From: a bacterium | Lineage (GTDB): Bacteria; Patescibacteriota; Minisyncoccia; Minisyncoccales; DAOWIS01 | Direction of reading: 5' to 3' | DNA length: 48,641 nt | Assembly (NCBI GenBank): GCA_030640805.1 | Contig: DAOWIS010000004.1 | Coordinates: 1-48,641 of the forward strand | Part shown: positions 15,314 through 23,628 of the stretch, in pieces | Position numbering within the stretch: position 1 is the first letter of the stretch | Layout: every line of letters begins with the position of its first letter | The notes under the pieces: generated by a model | Told to the model about the DNA's origin: nothing | Database searches by the model: none | Seen by the model: only the letters and a program-made list of their open reading frames with translations | Translations under genes and position numbers: made by a program

Positions 15314-16480
15314 ATGGAAAAATTTTATCTTTCTCTAATATTAATAATTCTAATAATAGCCGGTGTCTCGGCTTATTTTTTTCTTGAGAAAAAAGAAGAT
15401 TTAATAGAAATTGAAATTCCAGAATCTTCTAACCAAAAAAGTCCTCTAAACAGAAATTCTTCCTCTTTTCAATCTTCTGTTTTACCTCAACTCCAAATTG
15501 AAAAAATTTCTCCGGCTAAAGTAATTTCACCGACTCTCAACGAAAATTCATCAAAAATAATTTATTATAATCCCGAGAGTTTGAGTTTGGAAGAAATTGA
15601 TTTTAAAAAAGAAAATTCTCCCTATAATCAATTTTTGTCTTTAGCAAAATTTGAAGGAATAAATAAAATTCTCTGGTCTCCAGAGAAAGACAAATTAATC
15701 GTTTTCTGGGAAAAAGAGGGTCAAATTCAGAAAACTCTCTATAATCCAGAAACTCAAGAGGGTTTTGATCTCCATCAAAATATCAAAAATATTGCTTTTT
15801 CACCTGAAGGAGAAAAAATTGTTTATCAATTTTATAATTCTGAAACCGGAGAAAACAAAATTTCTGTTGCCAGCACCGAAATTTTAGAAACCGAAATTTT
15901 AGAAGAGGAAGATATTTTAAACACTAAAATTTTAGATATAGATCTTTATTGGCCATCGGAAAATAAAATTTTTCTTTGGCAGAATCTCTCTGGGGTATTG
16001 GAAGAAAATGATCTATATCAATTTGACTTAGTAACAAAAAATCCTCCTTTAGTAGTTTTGCCAAAAAAATTTGGCTTCAAACCTAAATGGTCAGAAAGCG
16101 GAAAACTAATTCTATTTTCCGAAGTTCCTTCTTTGGGAGAAGAAGTTAGTCTAAATACTTTAAATAATGAAGGAGAAATCAAAAATCTTAAAATTTCTTC
16201 TTTAGTGGAAAAATGTGCTTTTGATAAGGAAGAAAAATCTCTTTACTGCGGCATCCCTAAAAATTTAGCTCCTGACATTATTCTTCCCGATGATTACTAT
16301 AAAAATTTATTCCAATCCCAAGATAATCTTTTCAAAATTAATTTAGAAACCGGTGAAAAAATTCAGCTTACAAAAGATGCTCAACATGATATCCTTGAGC
16401 CATTTTTGTCCGCTGATGAAAATCATTTATTCTTTACCAATAAAAAAGACGGAGCTTTGTACTCCATCCAACTGGAATAA
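15314..16480 (+). CDS. N-terminally anchored protein with TolB-like beta-propeller-type repeats
   Basis: It has an N-terminal TM segment. Repeated motifs include ILWSPEKDKLIVFW, IAFSPEGEKIVYQF, WSESGKLILFSE and LSADENHLFFTN..DGALYSI. Confidence 0.55.
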   Translation: MEKFYLSLILIILIIAGVSAYFFLEKKEDLIEIEIPESSNQKSPLNRNSSSFQSSVLPQLQIEKISPAKVISPTLNENSSKIIYYNPESLSLEEIDFKKENSPYNQFLSLAKFEGINKILWSPEKDKLIVFWEKEGQIQKTLYNPETQEGFDLHQNIKNIAFSPEGEKIVYQFYNSETGENKISVASTEILETEILEEEDILNTKILDIDLYWPSENKIFLWQNLSGVLEENDLYQFDLVTKNPPLVVLPKKFGFKPKWSESGKLILFSEVPSLGEEVSLNTLNNEGEIKNLKISSLVEKCAFDKEEKSLYCGIPKNLAPDIILPDDYYKNLFQSQDNLFKINLETGEKIQLTKDAQHDILEPFLSADENHLFFTNKKDGALYSIQLE

Positions 16481-16549
16481 AACCCAACAACCAAATCCGA
16501 ATCCCGAAAAAAATCCTAAATCCCAATAACCAAAATTAAAATTGGGCAT

Positions 16550-17830
16550 TTAGGCATTGGTCATTTTTTCGGATTTCTGGTTTCGGATTTTTGGGGTTTT
16601 TACAATTGCCATCAATCCTATTATCAGCCAGAATATTACTGCCAGGTCGTTTTTCCAATAGGGAGTATCTATTAAACCATGAATGAGAATGTAGAGCATA
16701 ATTAACATTAGAATTCCTGAAACTTGAAACTTGAAACCTGAAACCTTTATTAGTTGAAAACCTTTTTTGAAAAATAAAATCAAAAGCCAAAGGAAACCAA
16801 TAAGTCCCAAGATACCGGTTTGCAGCCAAAAGGCAAAAAAAATATTGTGGGGTTGGGGAACAGCCCATTCTAAATAAAGAGGAAAATATTTTTGATATTC
16901 CAAATAATATTTTTGAAACATTCCCGGACCAACCCCTAAAAGAGGATGGTCTTTTGCTATCTCCCAAGATACTTTCCAAACTATTAATCTGGAAACTAAG
17001 GGTGAACGACTATCAAAAAGGCCTTGGAATTTTTCGCTCTGATATTGAGAAAAAAATAAAACAAAAAATAACAATAAGGTAATAGAACAACAGAGTAATA
17101 CTTTTTTAATTGATAATTTTAAATATTTAATAATTAAAAATACTAAAAAGAGAAAGGACCCTAATATACCTATCCAGGCGCCATAGGAGTAGGTGAGATA
17201 TAAAACTACAACTAATAAGATTATTCCTATTGTCCAAAGAAGTTTCTTTAATCTATTCTTAGTAGTTAGTAATAAATAAAAAATAGCAATTAGGCAAGGC
17301 GCTAAATACATTGCTAAATGGTTGGGAGAAAGATAAAAAGCTTTTAATCGACCATCAAAAGTTAGGTTGTTGCTCAAATAATATCCTAAACTAATGATGC
17401 CAACCAAAATTCCTGATAATCCCAGAGCAGATAATAAATATTTTATCTGTTTTTTGGTCTTTAACACATTAATTATTACTAAAAACAAAAGAAGAGGATT
17501 AAGAAAATAGGCTTTCCAAGTCCCAGCTGAAACTAAAAACTCCGAAGAAAAAATAGTAGAGAGGGTTGCCCCTAAAAAGATTAATAATATTGGATATTGA
17601 ATTTTAGATATTAGATTTGGGGATTTGGGATTTGGGATTTGGAAATTTTTTCGGATTTCGGATTTAGAAATTAGAATTTTACTTTTTTTGATAAACCAAA
17701 TCAAAAAAAGCATATAAATCATTAATTCCAAAACCGTTGTAGGAATTCCAAAAATCTTTAATCTTAAAAGATAAAGCGGCAAACAGAGAATAACTAAATA
17801 AATACCCCAATTTAATTTAAATTCTCTCAT
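16550..17830 (-). CDS. O-antigen ligase/Wzy-like polytopic membrane protein (start revised to ATG at 17830)
   Basis: It has about 10 or more TM segments and the motif YSYGAWIGILGSFLF. The ORF-track extension 17831-17908 runs through a 36-nt palindrome. Three heptamer-repeat-derived insertions are present. Confidence 0.65.
   Translation of the reverse strand: MREFKLNWGIYLVILCLPLYLLRLKIFGIPTTVLELMIYMLFLIWFIKKSKILISKSEIRKNFQIPNPKSPNLISKIQYPILLIFLGATLSTIFSSEFLVSAGTWKAYFLNPLLLFLVIINVLKTKKQIKYLLSALGLSGILVGIISLGYYLSNNLTFDGRLKAFYLSPNHLAMYLAPCLIAIFYLLLTTKNRLKKLLWTIGIILLVVVLYLTYSYGAWIGILGSFLFLVFLIIKYLKLSIKKVLLCCSITLLLFFVLFFSQYQSEKFQGLFDSRSPLVSRLIVWKVSWEIAKDHPLLGVGPGMFQKYYLEYQKYFPLYLEWAVPQPHNIFFAFWLQTGILGLIGFLWLLILFFKKGFQLIKVSGFKFQVSGILMLIMLYILIHGLIDTPYWKNDLAVIFWLIIGLMAIVKTPKIRNQKSEKMTNA
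16718..16745. repeat. Heptanucleotide tandem repeat (tgaaact/tgaaacc x4) inside the Wzy-like gene
   Basis: Read directly in the sequence. It encodes VSGFKFQVSG on the minus strand. Confidence 0.85.
17614..17664. repeat. Adjacent heptamer arrays (gatttgg x4, then tcggatt x2) inside the Wzy-like gene
   Basis: Read directly in the sequence. They encode SEIRKNFQIPNPKSPN on the minus strand. Confidence 0.85.
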
Positions 17831-17871
17831 TATTAAATTATAACAGAAAATAAATAACAAGAAATAAAAAC

Positions 17872-17907
17872 TGTTACAAATCGCTGCGATCGCAGCGATT
17901 TGTAACA
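17872..17907. repeat. 36-nt perfect palindrome tgttacaaatcgctgcga|tcgcagcgatttgtaaca (CGATCG core)
   Basis: The reverse complement equals the forward sequence. It has the same length and the same central hexamer as 1989-2024. Confidence 0.9.
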
Positions 17908-17993
17908 ACCTATCTCCAGCCCTATATTTTCAACTATTGAGGTTCACCTCTATAATCTTAATAAATCTTAATACCGGCTTAAATTAACTTAAA

Positions 17994-18021
17994 TTAAAAC
18001 CCCGGAAAAAACCGGGGCTTT
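17994..18021 (-). terminator. Rho-independent terminator of the small ORF
   Basis: On the minus strand it reads aaagCCCCGGttttttCCGGGGttttaattt. Confidence 0.65.
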
Positions 18022-18031
18022 GACTCTTCTA

Positions 18032-18211
18032 CTAACCGACTTTGATCATGAAGTAAATGATTCCGGAGAGAGCAATAACGAAGCAAATAAGTAGACGCCA
18101 TTCCCATGTTCTCGATCCGGGAGTGTCTGACTCTTCATTCCAGGCTTTTAGCCCTCTGTTAATCGCTTCCACTCTCATAGTCATTCCTTCCAGGGTTTTT
18201 AGAATATTCAT
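18032..18211 (-). CDS. Unannotated small protein (59 aa) with a C-terminal TM segment
   Basis: AAAGGAGAAGAA precedes the ATG. The product is MNILKTLEGMTMRVEAINRGLKAWNEESDTPGSRTWEWRLLICFVIALSGIIYFMIKVG. It has its own consensus promoter and terminator and falls just under the 60-aa ORF-track cutoff. Confidence 0.55.
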   Translation of the reverse strand: MNILKTLEGMTMRVEAINRGLKAWNEESDTPGSRTWEWRLLICFVIALSGIIYFMIKVG

Positions 18212-18257
18212 TTCTTCTCCTTTTTAAAGGTTCTATTTTTATATCTATGGTTATTTA

Positions 18258-18286
18258 AACTTATCACATCGAAAAATTTCTGTCAA
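18258..18286 (-). promoter_or_regulatory. Sigma70-type promoter (TTGACA-17 nt-TAAGTT) for the 59-aa ORF
   Basis: Read on the minus strand. The -35 overlaps the TGA stop of the upstream gene. Confidence 0.5.
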
Positions 18287-19662
18287 AAACCAGATGTTGG
18301 TTTTGGGACCTTTCTGGCAATAATAGCGCTCAAAGCCAAAATTACCATTAGTATTGATAATATTCTGGGGTCGTATATTGGGGTATCTACCAAGCAATGA
18401 ATAGAAAACCAAACCAAAGAGCCAATTAATCCAATGGAAATTGCCTTATCGAATCCATCTAAATCTGTGTTCTTAGCCATACTAATCCGTAATTTGCGAA
18501 ACAAAGAAAAAATAGCTCCGAAAATCAAAAATAACCAAACAAGTAAAGCTAAAATTCCCATCTCTGAACCAATGTCTAAATAGGTATTGTGGCTATAAAT
18601 AGGAGTGCGATAATCAGCTGTTAGAGTTATAAAACGAGAGTAATTTCCAAGTCCGGTGCCCAGCCAAAATTTGCTTAAAAATATTTCAGCGCTTTTCTGC
18701 CAGGTTTCAATTCTCCCAGCTAGCGAGGGTTCACTGAGGTCAAAAATAGAGTAAAAACGATCGGAAATCGGAGAACCAGGAATTAATAAAATCAACAAAG
18801 CCATTCCAATAATAGCGCTTAATTTCCATTTAGTCCTGATATTAAATTTACTTTTCCAAAAAAGTATAAGAATTACTCCTAATCCGCCAATCATTCCTAA
18901 ATAGCCACCTCGAGAAAAAGTGAGATATAAAGCAACAAGCAACAAGAGACAAGCGACAAGAAGAAATAAATTGTTTACCCTGTAATACTTTCTAAGTATT
19001 ACAGGGTTTATTTTTCCTTTCCTTCCCTCAGATTGCCAAAACCACAAAGATAAGATTATTGGTAAAGCTAAGCCAATATAAAAAGCCAACATATGGGGAT
19101 CGGGAAATAAAGAAATGGCTCGGAAAATTGTTAAACCAGAAATATTAACTGCCCAACTGGGAGTTTGAATAATCTGAGAGGTTGCGGTCTTGCCATAAAA
19201 TATTGGAGCAACATTTTCCGCCCAAAATTGAAAAAGAGAGTCCACCCCTGTTATAAATTGTAAAGAAAACTGAATAATTCCAATTAAGGCGATAAAAAAA
19301 GCACTATAAACTAAGATTTTTAAAATATTTTTAAACAACTTGGGGTCTCTATAAACCATCCCAGCCACTATAAAATAAAGAGGGAAAATAGATAAAAAAA
19401 CCAAAAGTTTTCTAACTCCCCATCCTAAAATCGGCGCTTGGAATAAAGAGAGAAAAGCAAAAAAAAGAAAGAACATTAAAAATCCTGTCTGAATTTTATT
19501 GGGAATGAATAGTTTCTTTTTAACTAAAGAGCTAATTAACCAGAGAGAAAACAAAATTAAAATTAAAACCCTTATTGAAGCGATATCAAATCCCTCAGCT
19601 AAATTCAGGGCAACTTGAAAGGGAATATAAAAGATGAGAAAGTAGAGAAAGTGCTTTAGCAT
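18283..19662 (-). CDS. O-antigen ligase family polytopic membrane protein (start revised to ATG at 19662)
   Basis: It is multi-TM and has the Wzy_C-like motif LTFSRGGYLGMIGGLGVILILF, with a large loop before the last helices. Confidence 0.7.
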   Translation of the reverse strand: MLKHFLYFLIFYIPFQVALNLAEGFDIASIRVLILILFSLWLISSLVKKKLFIPNKIQTGFLMFFLFFAFLSLFQAPILGWGVRKLLVFLSIFPLYFIVAGMVYRDPKLFKNILKILVYSAFFIALIGIIQFSLQFITGVDSLFQFWAENVAPIFYGKTATSQIIQTPSWAVNISGLTIFRAISLFPDPHMLAFYIGLALPIILSLWFWQSEGRKGKINPVILRKYYRVNNLFLLVACLLLLVALYLTFSRGGYLGMIGGLGVILILFWKSKFNIRTKWKLSAIIGMALLILLIPGSPISDRFYSIFDLSEPSLAGRIETWQKSAEIFLSKFWLGTGLGNYSRFITLTADYRTPIYSHNTYLDIGSEMGILALLVWLFLIFGAIFSLFRKLRISMAKNTDLDGFDKAISIGLIGSLVWFSIHCLVDTPIYDPRILSILMVILALSAIIARKVPKPTSGF

Positions 19663-19815
19663 AATGCAGAATGTTAAATGACAAAATCCAAATGTCAAAT
19701 GAATGTTTAAATATCAAATGTCAAAATAATAATTTAATCATTTAGTCATTGGTCATTGATTAGACATTTATCATTGGGCATTTGTCATTTTATTTGGTAT
19801 AAGATTAAACACTCA
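19663..19815. repeat. Imperfect-palindromic intergenic repeat element (copy 1 of the 'aaatgtcaaatg...catttgtcattt' family)
   Basis: It shares a nearly identical stretch of about 55 nt (aatgtcaaatgaatgtttaaat..caaatgtcaaaa.aataatttaatcattta) with 35056-35193. Confidence 0.7.
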
Positions 19816-21267
19816 TTATTTCCTCTCGGTTTTTAATCTTATTAACTCTCTTATTTCCTCCCTGGATATCCCTCCTATTAGATAAAATATTCCTCCGTAA
19901 ATAATTACTGCCAAAAATAGAAATAAAAATAGCATTCCTATTCCCAAGGGAGCATTAGAGGGACTGACTAATATCCAGAGGGGAATAATCATAATAAAAG
20001 CAGAGATTAAAATCTTTGGCAAAATCTTAAAAGAAGGAGTATAGTTGATATTTTTGATTATTATCCAAAACAAAAAGAAGGTAACTAAAAATTCAGTTAT
20101 CACTGTAGTAACCGCTGCCCCGTTGTAAGAAAATTTAGGAATAAAAATAATATTCAAAACAACATTTAAAATGGCGCCCAAAAGATACACCCAGAGGGCT
20201 TTTTTTTGTTGGTTTAGAGCAATCACTCCATTTCCACCTAAGGTTCCTAAAAATATTATAGCTGTAGCCACTAAAAGAATTTGTAAGGGTAGGGTTGCTA
20301 AAATAAAATCTCTTCCTCCTAATAAAACTACAATAGAAGAAGAAAGAAAGAAACCACCAATTGCTAAAGGAATAGCAGCGGATAAAAGAAGATTAAAGGT
20401 TTTTTGAAACATTTTTTTAAATCGTTCTCGATTGACAACAGCACTATGAGATAAAATAGGCATCATTATTCCCACAAGCATTGCTGGAAAAAATATTAAG
20501 TTTTCTAAAACCTTATATGATAAATTATAAATTCCGACATCTCCTTGGGGTTTCAAAATAGAGAGCAAAATAATATCGATTTTAAAATAAATCAAAGTTA
20601 AAAATAAAGAAACGGCAATTGGCAGAGTTGTTTTTAAAATTTCTTTCCAATAAAGAAAATCAAATTTTAAAGTAAAAGAAATAAATTTTTTAGCAAAAAA
20701 GAAATTTAAAATAAAATTTATAAAACAAGAAATAATAAGAGCTCCTAAAAAATAAAAAAGTCCTAAGTTTAGTTTAAAAAACAAAAAAACCAAAGCCAGT
20801 TGAACTAACCGGCAACTAAATTCGGAGAAGGCGGCTAAGTCAGTCCTAAGATATTTCTGAAAAATTCCCATCAAAACTTGGGAACTGGATAAAAATAAAA
20901 AAGAAATGGCGCCAATGCCAATTCCTAATTTTATTTGAGGAGAATAAGGAAAAAGAAGGACAATTAGGGGAGCAATTCCCAAAAAAATAATCAGGGCTGT
21001 CAATCTTAAAGTAAAGATGTTAGAGACAATTTTTTTCTCATCTGCTCCGGGTTTAGAAATTTCTCTAACTTGCAAGGAATAAAGTCCCAAATCAGCCAAA
21101 GCATTAAAAAGATAAAGAAAAGCTAAAATGGTAGCATATTGACCATACCCCTCTTTACCAAGGGCCCGAGTTAGTATCCCAATAGTTAATAAAGCAAGGG
21201 CCATCCCTATGACCCTTGCCGCTATTGAAATCACTGTATTATAAGCAATTTTTTGAGACAACCTCAT
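19816..21267 (-). CDS. Wzx/MurJ-like (MOP superfamily) polysaccharide or lipid-linked oligosaccharide flippase
   Basis: It has about 12-14 TM segments. The N-terminus (AYNTVISIAARVIGMALALLTIGILTRALGKEGYGQY) is typical of this family. Confidence 0.7.
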   Translation of the reverse strand: MRLSQKIAYNTVISIAARVIGMALALLTIGILTRALGKEGYGQYATILAFLYLFNALADLGLYSLQVREISKPGADEKKIVSNIFTLRLTALIIFLGIAPLIVLLFPYSPQIKLGIGIGAISFLFLSSSQVLMGIFQKYLRTDLAAFSEFSCRLVQLALVFLFFKLNLGLFYFLGALIISCFINFILNFFFAKKFISFTLKFDFLYWKEILKTTLPIAVSLFLTLIYFKIDIILLSILKPQGDVGIYNLSYKVLENLIFFPAMLVGIMMPILSHSAVVNRERFKKMFQKTFNLLLSAAIPLAIGGFFLSSSIVVLLGGRDFILATLPLQILLVATAIIFLGTLGGNGVIALNQQKKALWVYLLGAILNVVLNIIFIPKFSYNGAAVTTVITEFLVTFFLFWIIIKNINYTPSFKILPKILISAFIMIIPLWILVSPSNAPLGIGMLFLFLFLAVIIYGGIFYLIGGISREEIRELIRLKTERK

Positions 21268-21268
21268 A

Positions 21269-21296
21269 TTTCATGTTTTATGTTTCATGTTTCATG
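21269..21296. repeat. Heptamer array (catgaaa-type x4 on the minus strand) immediately 5' of the flippase gene
   Basis: Read directly in the sequence. The same unit is arrayed at 45114-45144. Confidence 0.85.
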
Positions 21297-21300
21297 TCCG

Positions 21301-21759
21301 TTAGGGGTACGGGCTTATTACCATTCTTCTTTCTGGCTCCTCTCCTAAACTCTCAGTGGTTACGTCTTCCCTAGAAGCCAACTCTAAATGAATTATTCTT
21401 CTTTCATATGAGGACATTGGATCAAGCGTTACTGATTTTTTAGAAAGAGAAACCTGATCAGCTATTGAACAAGCCAACTCTTTAAGAAACTCTCCCCGTT
21501 TTTTCTTATAATCAGAAATATCTAAGTTTATAAAGGTAGCTTCTTTAAGTTTTCGTCTTAAAATCAGTCTTAAGATATGCTCCAGGTCCTTTAAGTTTTC
21601 TCCTCTCTGGCCAATTAAAATCTGAGGAGATTGAATGTCGATGCTTATTAATATCCCTTTTTCTCCAGATTCTGTTAACCTAATCTCCCCCTCAAATCCC
21701 ATCAGCCCAAGAAGAGTTTTACTAGTTTCTTTAATGGTTTTTAAGATTGACTGCTTCAT
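21301..21759 (-). CDS. jag: Jag/KhpB-like RNA-binding protein (KH + R3H domains)
   Basis: IGQRGENL is KH-like. The R3H-like C-terminus reads YERRIIHLEL....V.TES.GEEP.R..VI. It lies downstream of yidC, which is the conserved arrangement. Confidence 0.8.
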   Translation of the reverse strand: MKQSILKTIKETSKTLLGLMGFEGEIRLTESGEKGILISIDIQSPQILIGQRGENLKDLEHILRLILRRKLKEATFINLDISDYKKKRGEFLKELACSIADQVSLSKKSVTLDPMSSYERRIIHLELASREDVTTESLGEEPERRMVISPYP

Positions 21760-22510
21760 ATTTAATAATTGGCTGTTTTTTAAGGGTTTTATTAATAAAA
21801 TATTGCTGGACTATCGAAAAAAGAATAGTAATTATAATATAAAGAGGAAGGGCAGATGGAAGACGCCAGAAAATAAATACTAAAAGAATTGGCATAAAAT
21901 AGGTCATTTGTTTTTGCATCATCCTTGTCATGTCCTGAATTTGACCTTCTTTTTTCTTAGATTTTTGGGATTTTGGCATTATCATTTTCGTTTGAAGAAA
22001 TTGCAAAAAACCAGCTAATACTGCTAAAACCGGTGAGGATTTAGAAACGTCCAATATCCCTAAAAACATTGGTTCTAAAACTCCGGGGTTCCTAATAAAA
22101 GAATAAAGATTAGACAACTGGGCAGGGTCTAACCCCTTCCAAAAAACTTGATAAAGAGCAATAAGAATAGGGAATTGGATTAAAAGAATTAAACAACCAG
22201 AAAAAGGATTAAATTTATTTTTCCGATAAAGTTCCATTAAGGCCTGAGATTGTTTTACTTTGTCCTCTTTATGCTTTCGCTTAACCTCTTGAATTTTGGG
22301 TTGAAGACTAGCCATTGTCTGTTGGGAAATAATTTGGGATTTAGTTGCTTTATATGAGAAAGGAAGTAAAATCAACCTTGTCAGAAGAGTAAGAAGAATA
22401 ATAGAAACCCCCAAATCATAAGGAGGAACAATATTATAAAACCAGACCAAAATATTAAACAATGGCTGGTAAAGAATAATATTAAAAATACTTATAATTT
22501 CTGAAAACAT
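21731..22510 (-). CDS. yidC: Membrane protein insertase YidC (short form)
   Basis: Motifs seen are ILLTLLTRLILLPF, a Q..M..LQP...E...K.K.D coiled segment, and NP..GCL..LIQ.PI..ALY. Confidence 0.9.
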   Translation of the reverse strand: MFSEIISIFNIILYQPLFNILVWFYNIVPPYDLGVSIILLTLLTRLILLPFSYKATKSQIISQQTMASLQPKIQEVKRKHKEDKVKQSQALMELYRKNKFNPFSGCLILLIQFPILIALYQVFWKGLDPAQLSNLYSFIRNPGVLEPMFLGILDVSKSSPVLAVLAGFLQFLQTKMIMPKSQKSKKKEGQIQDMTRMMQKQMTYFMPILLVFIFWRLPSALPLYIIITILFSIVQQYFINKTLKKQPIIKYEAVNLKNH

Positions 22511-22511
22511 T

Positions 22512-22739
22512 TTATTTTAGGGGATTGTAACCCCCTCTACTGAAAGGATGACACTTTAAAATCCTTTTAACTCCTAACCAAATTCCTTTTACTATTCCAT
22601 ATTTTTCTATGGCTTGAAAGCTGTATTCCGAACAAGATGGATAAAAACGACATCCTAAAGAAGGATCCAGTATTTTATAAAAATAAGGAATAGTGTATTG
22701 ATAAATTTTAATAAGGATTAAAAGGGGTTTTTTGAACAT
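22512..22739 (-). CDS. yidD: Membrane protein insertion efficiency factor YidD
   Basis: [10 protein letters not shown]...AI...G...G..L...RIL.CHPF..GGYDP-like motif. Confidence 0.9.
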   Translation of the reverse strand: MFKKPLLILIKIYQYTIPYFYKILDPSLGCRFYPSCSEYSFQAIEKYGIVKGIWLGVKRILKCHPFSRGGYNPLK

Positions 22740-22887
22740 AAAATAGCAATTTCTAATTTCTAATTTTCAATTTTAAATGAATTTTAAATGATTTAATTTT
22801 TAATGAGTAAAGTTTAAGGTTTGAAAATTGGAAAATTGGGACATTCATTGGAAATTGGGAATTGAAAATTGAAAATTAATAAAAACA
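22740..22887. repeat. Imperfect-palindromic intergenic repeat element ('aattttcaatttt ... aaaattgaaaatt' type)
   Basis: The left arm aattttcaatttt and the right arm aaaattgaaaatt are exact reverse complements. A central aaatgaattttaaatgatttaa core is shared with 34396-34530. Confidence 0.65.
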
Positions 22888-23232
22888 TCATCTTTTAAAT
22901 AGTTTTGCTTTCTTTAATAATTTATCTACTACTTCTTCTATTTCTCTATAACCCCTATCAGTAATTCCTATTTGGGCAATCAAAATTACATCTTTCCTGT
23001 TTTTAATTTTATTAATTCTTAACCTAATAATCTCTCTAATTCTTCTTTTGATTTTATGACGAACTGTAGATTTTTTTGATATTTTATTAGAAACTATAAA
23101 AGCAAAACGACTAAAATCAAAATCATTATCTGTTAATTTTAAACTCAAAAATTGCTCTTTATAACCTTTGCCTTTTTTAAAAACGCTTTCAAATTCTTTA
23201 TTTTTAGTTAGGCGATATTTTTGGGGTAACAT
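22888..23232 (-). CDS. rnpA: RNase P protein component (114 aa; start revised to ATG at 23232)
   Basis: MLPQKYRLTKNKEF..VFKKG and the FAFIVSNKISKKSTVRHKIKRRIRE RNR-like motif are present. The ORF-track extension overlaps rpmH in another frame. Confidence 0.85.
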   Translation of the reverse strand: MLPQKYRLTKNKEFESVFKKGKGYKEQFLSLKLTDNDFDFSRFAFIVSNKISKKSTVRHKIKRRIREIIRLRINKIKNRKDVILIAQIGITDRGYREIEEVVDKLLKKAKLFKR

Positions 23233-23239
23233 TATAATT

Positions 23240-23374
23240 TTATACCGTAATCCGTTTTCTCTTTTTCTTTCTTCTCCTGGCCAAAATTTTTCTGCCTGCT
23301 TTAGTTCTTTTTCTTTTTCTAAATCCGTGAGTTCTTTTTCTTTTTTTCTTTTTAGGTTGAAAAGTAATAGACAT
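23240..23374 (-). CDS. rpmH: 50S ribosomal protein L34 (44 aa), absent from the ORF track
   Basis: The manual translation is [44 protein letters not shown]. It matches the L34 signature TFQP..R.R.HGFR.R..T..GR..LARRR.KGR..LTV and sits in the canonical position upstream of rnpA. Confidence 0.9.
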   Translation of the reverse strand: MSITFQPKKKKRKRTHGFRKRKRTKAGRKILARRRKKKRKRITV

Positions 23375-23430
23375 AATGAATTAGATGATAGATGCATAGA
23401 TGATAGATAAAAATCTAATATCTAACATCC

Positions 23431-23455
23431 AATATCTAATATCTAATATCTAATA
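23431..23455. repeat. Heptamer array (aatatct x3 plus a partial copy) in the rpmH-dnaA spacer
   Basis: Read directly in the sequence. Confidence 0.8.
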
Positions 23456-23501
23456 TTAACAAAATATACATTAGGGGTCAAATTTTTGTAGTTTTTTAAT
23501 T

Positions 23502-23521
23502 TAATCCACAGGTTATTCACA
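23502..23521 (+). promoter_or_regulatory. Two adjacent DnaA-box-like 9-mers (TAATCCACA and TTATTCACA)
   Basis: Each differs from TTATCCACA at one position. They lie about 110 nt upstream of dnaA. Confidence 0.5.
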
Positions 23522-23628
23522 TCCTTTCCTCTTTTTGGATGTTTTAAGGGTCTTTCCTAATTCTTAAACAAATAGTATAATTATTAATAGATGTAATTAC
23601 TAAGCTTTAGCCATCATTAAATAAATAT

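Noticed and set aside
16536-16979. ORF 16536..16979 (-), 147 aa
   Set aside because: It is an alternative frame of the Wzy-like gene 16550..17830 and has no independent signals.
17831-17908. N-terminal 26 codons of ORF 16550..17908
   Set aside because: The extension reads straight through the 36-nt perfect palindrome. The ATG at 17830 (MREFKLNWGIYL..) starts directly with the first TM helix.
21731-21759. The 29-nt overlap between yidC and jag as evidence of a frameshift or fusion
   Set aside because: Both products look complete. The overlap most likely reflects a slightly downstream jag start codon and is ordinary for compact operons.
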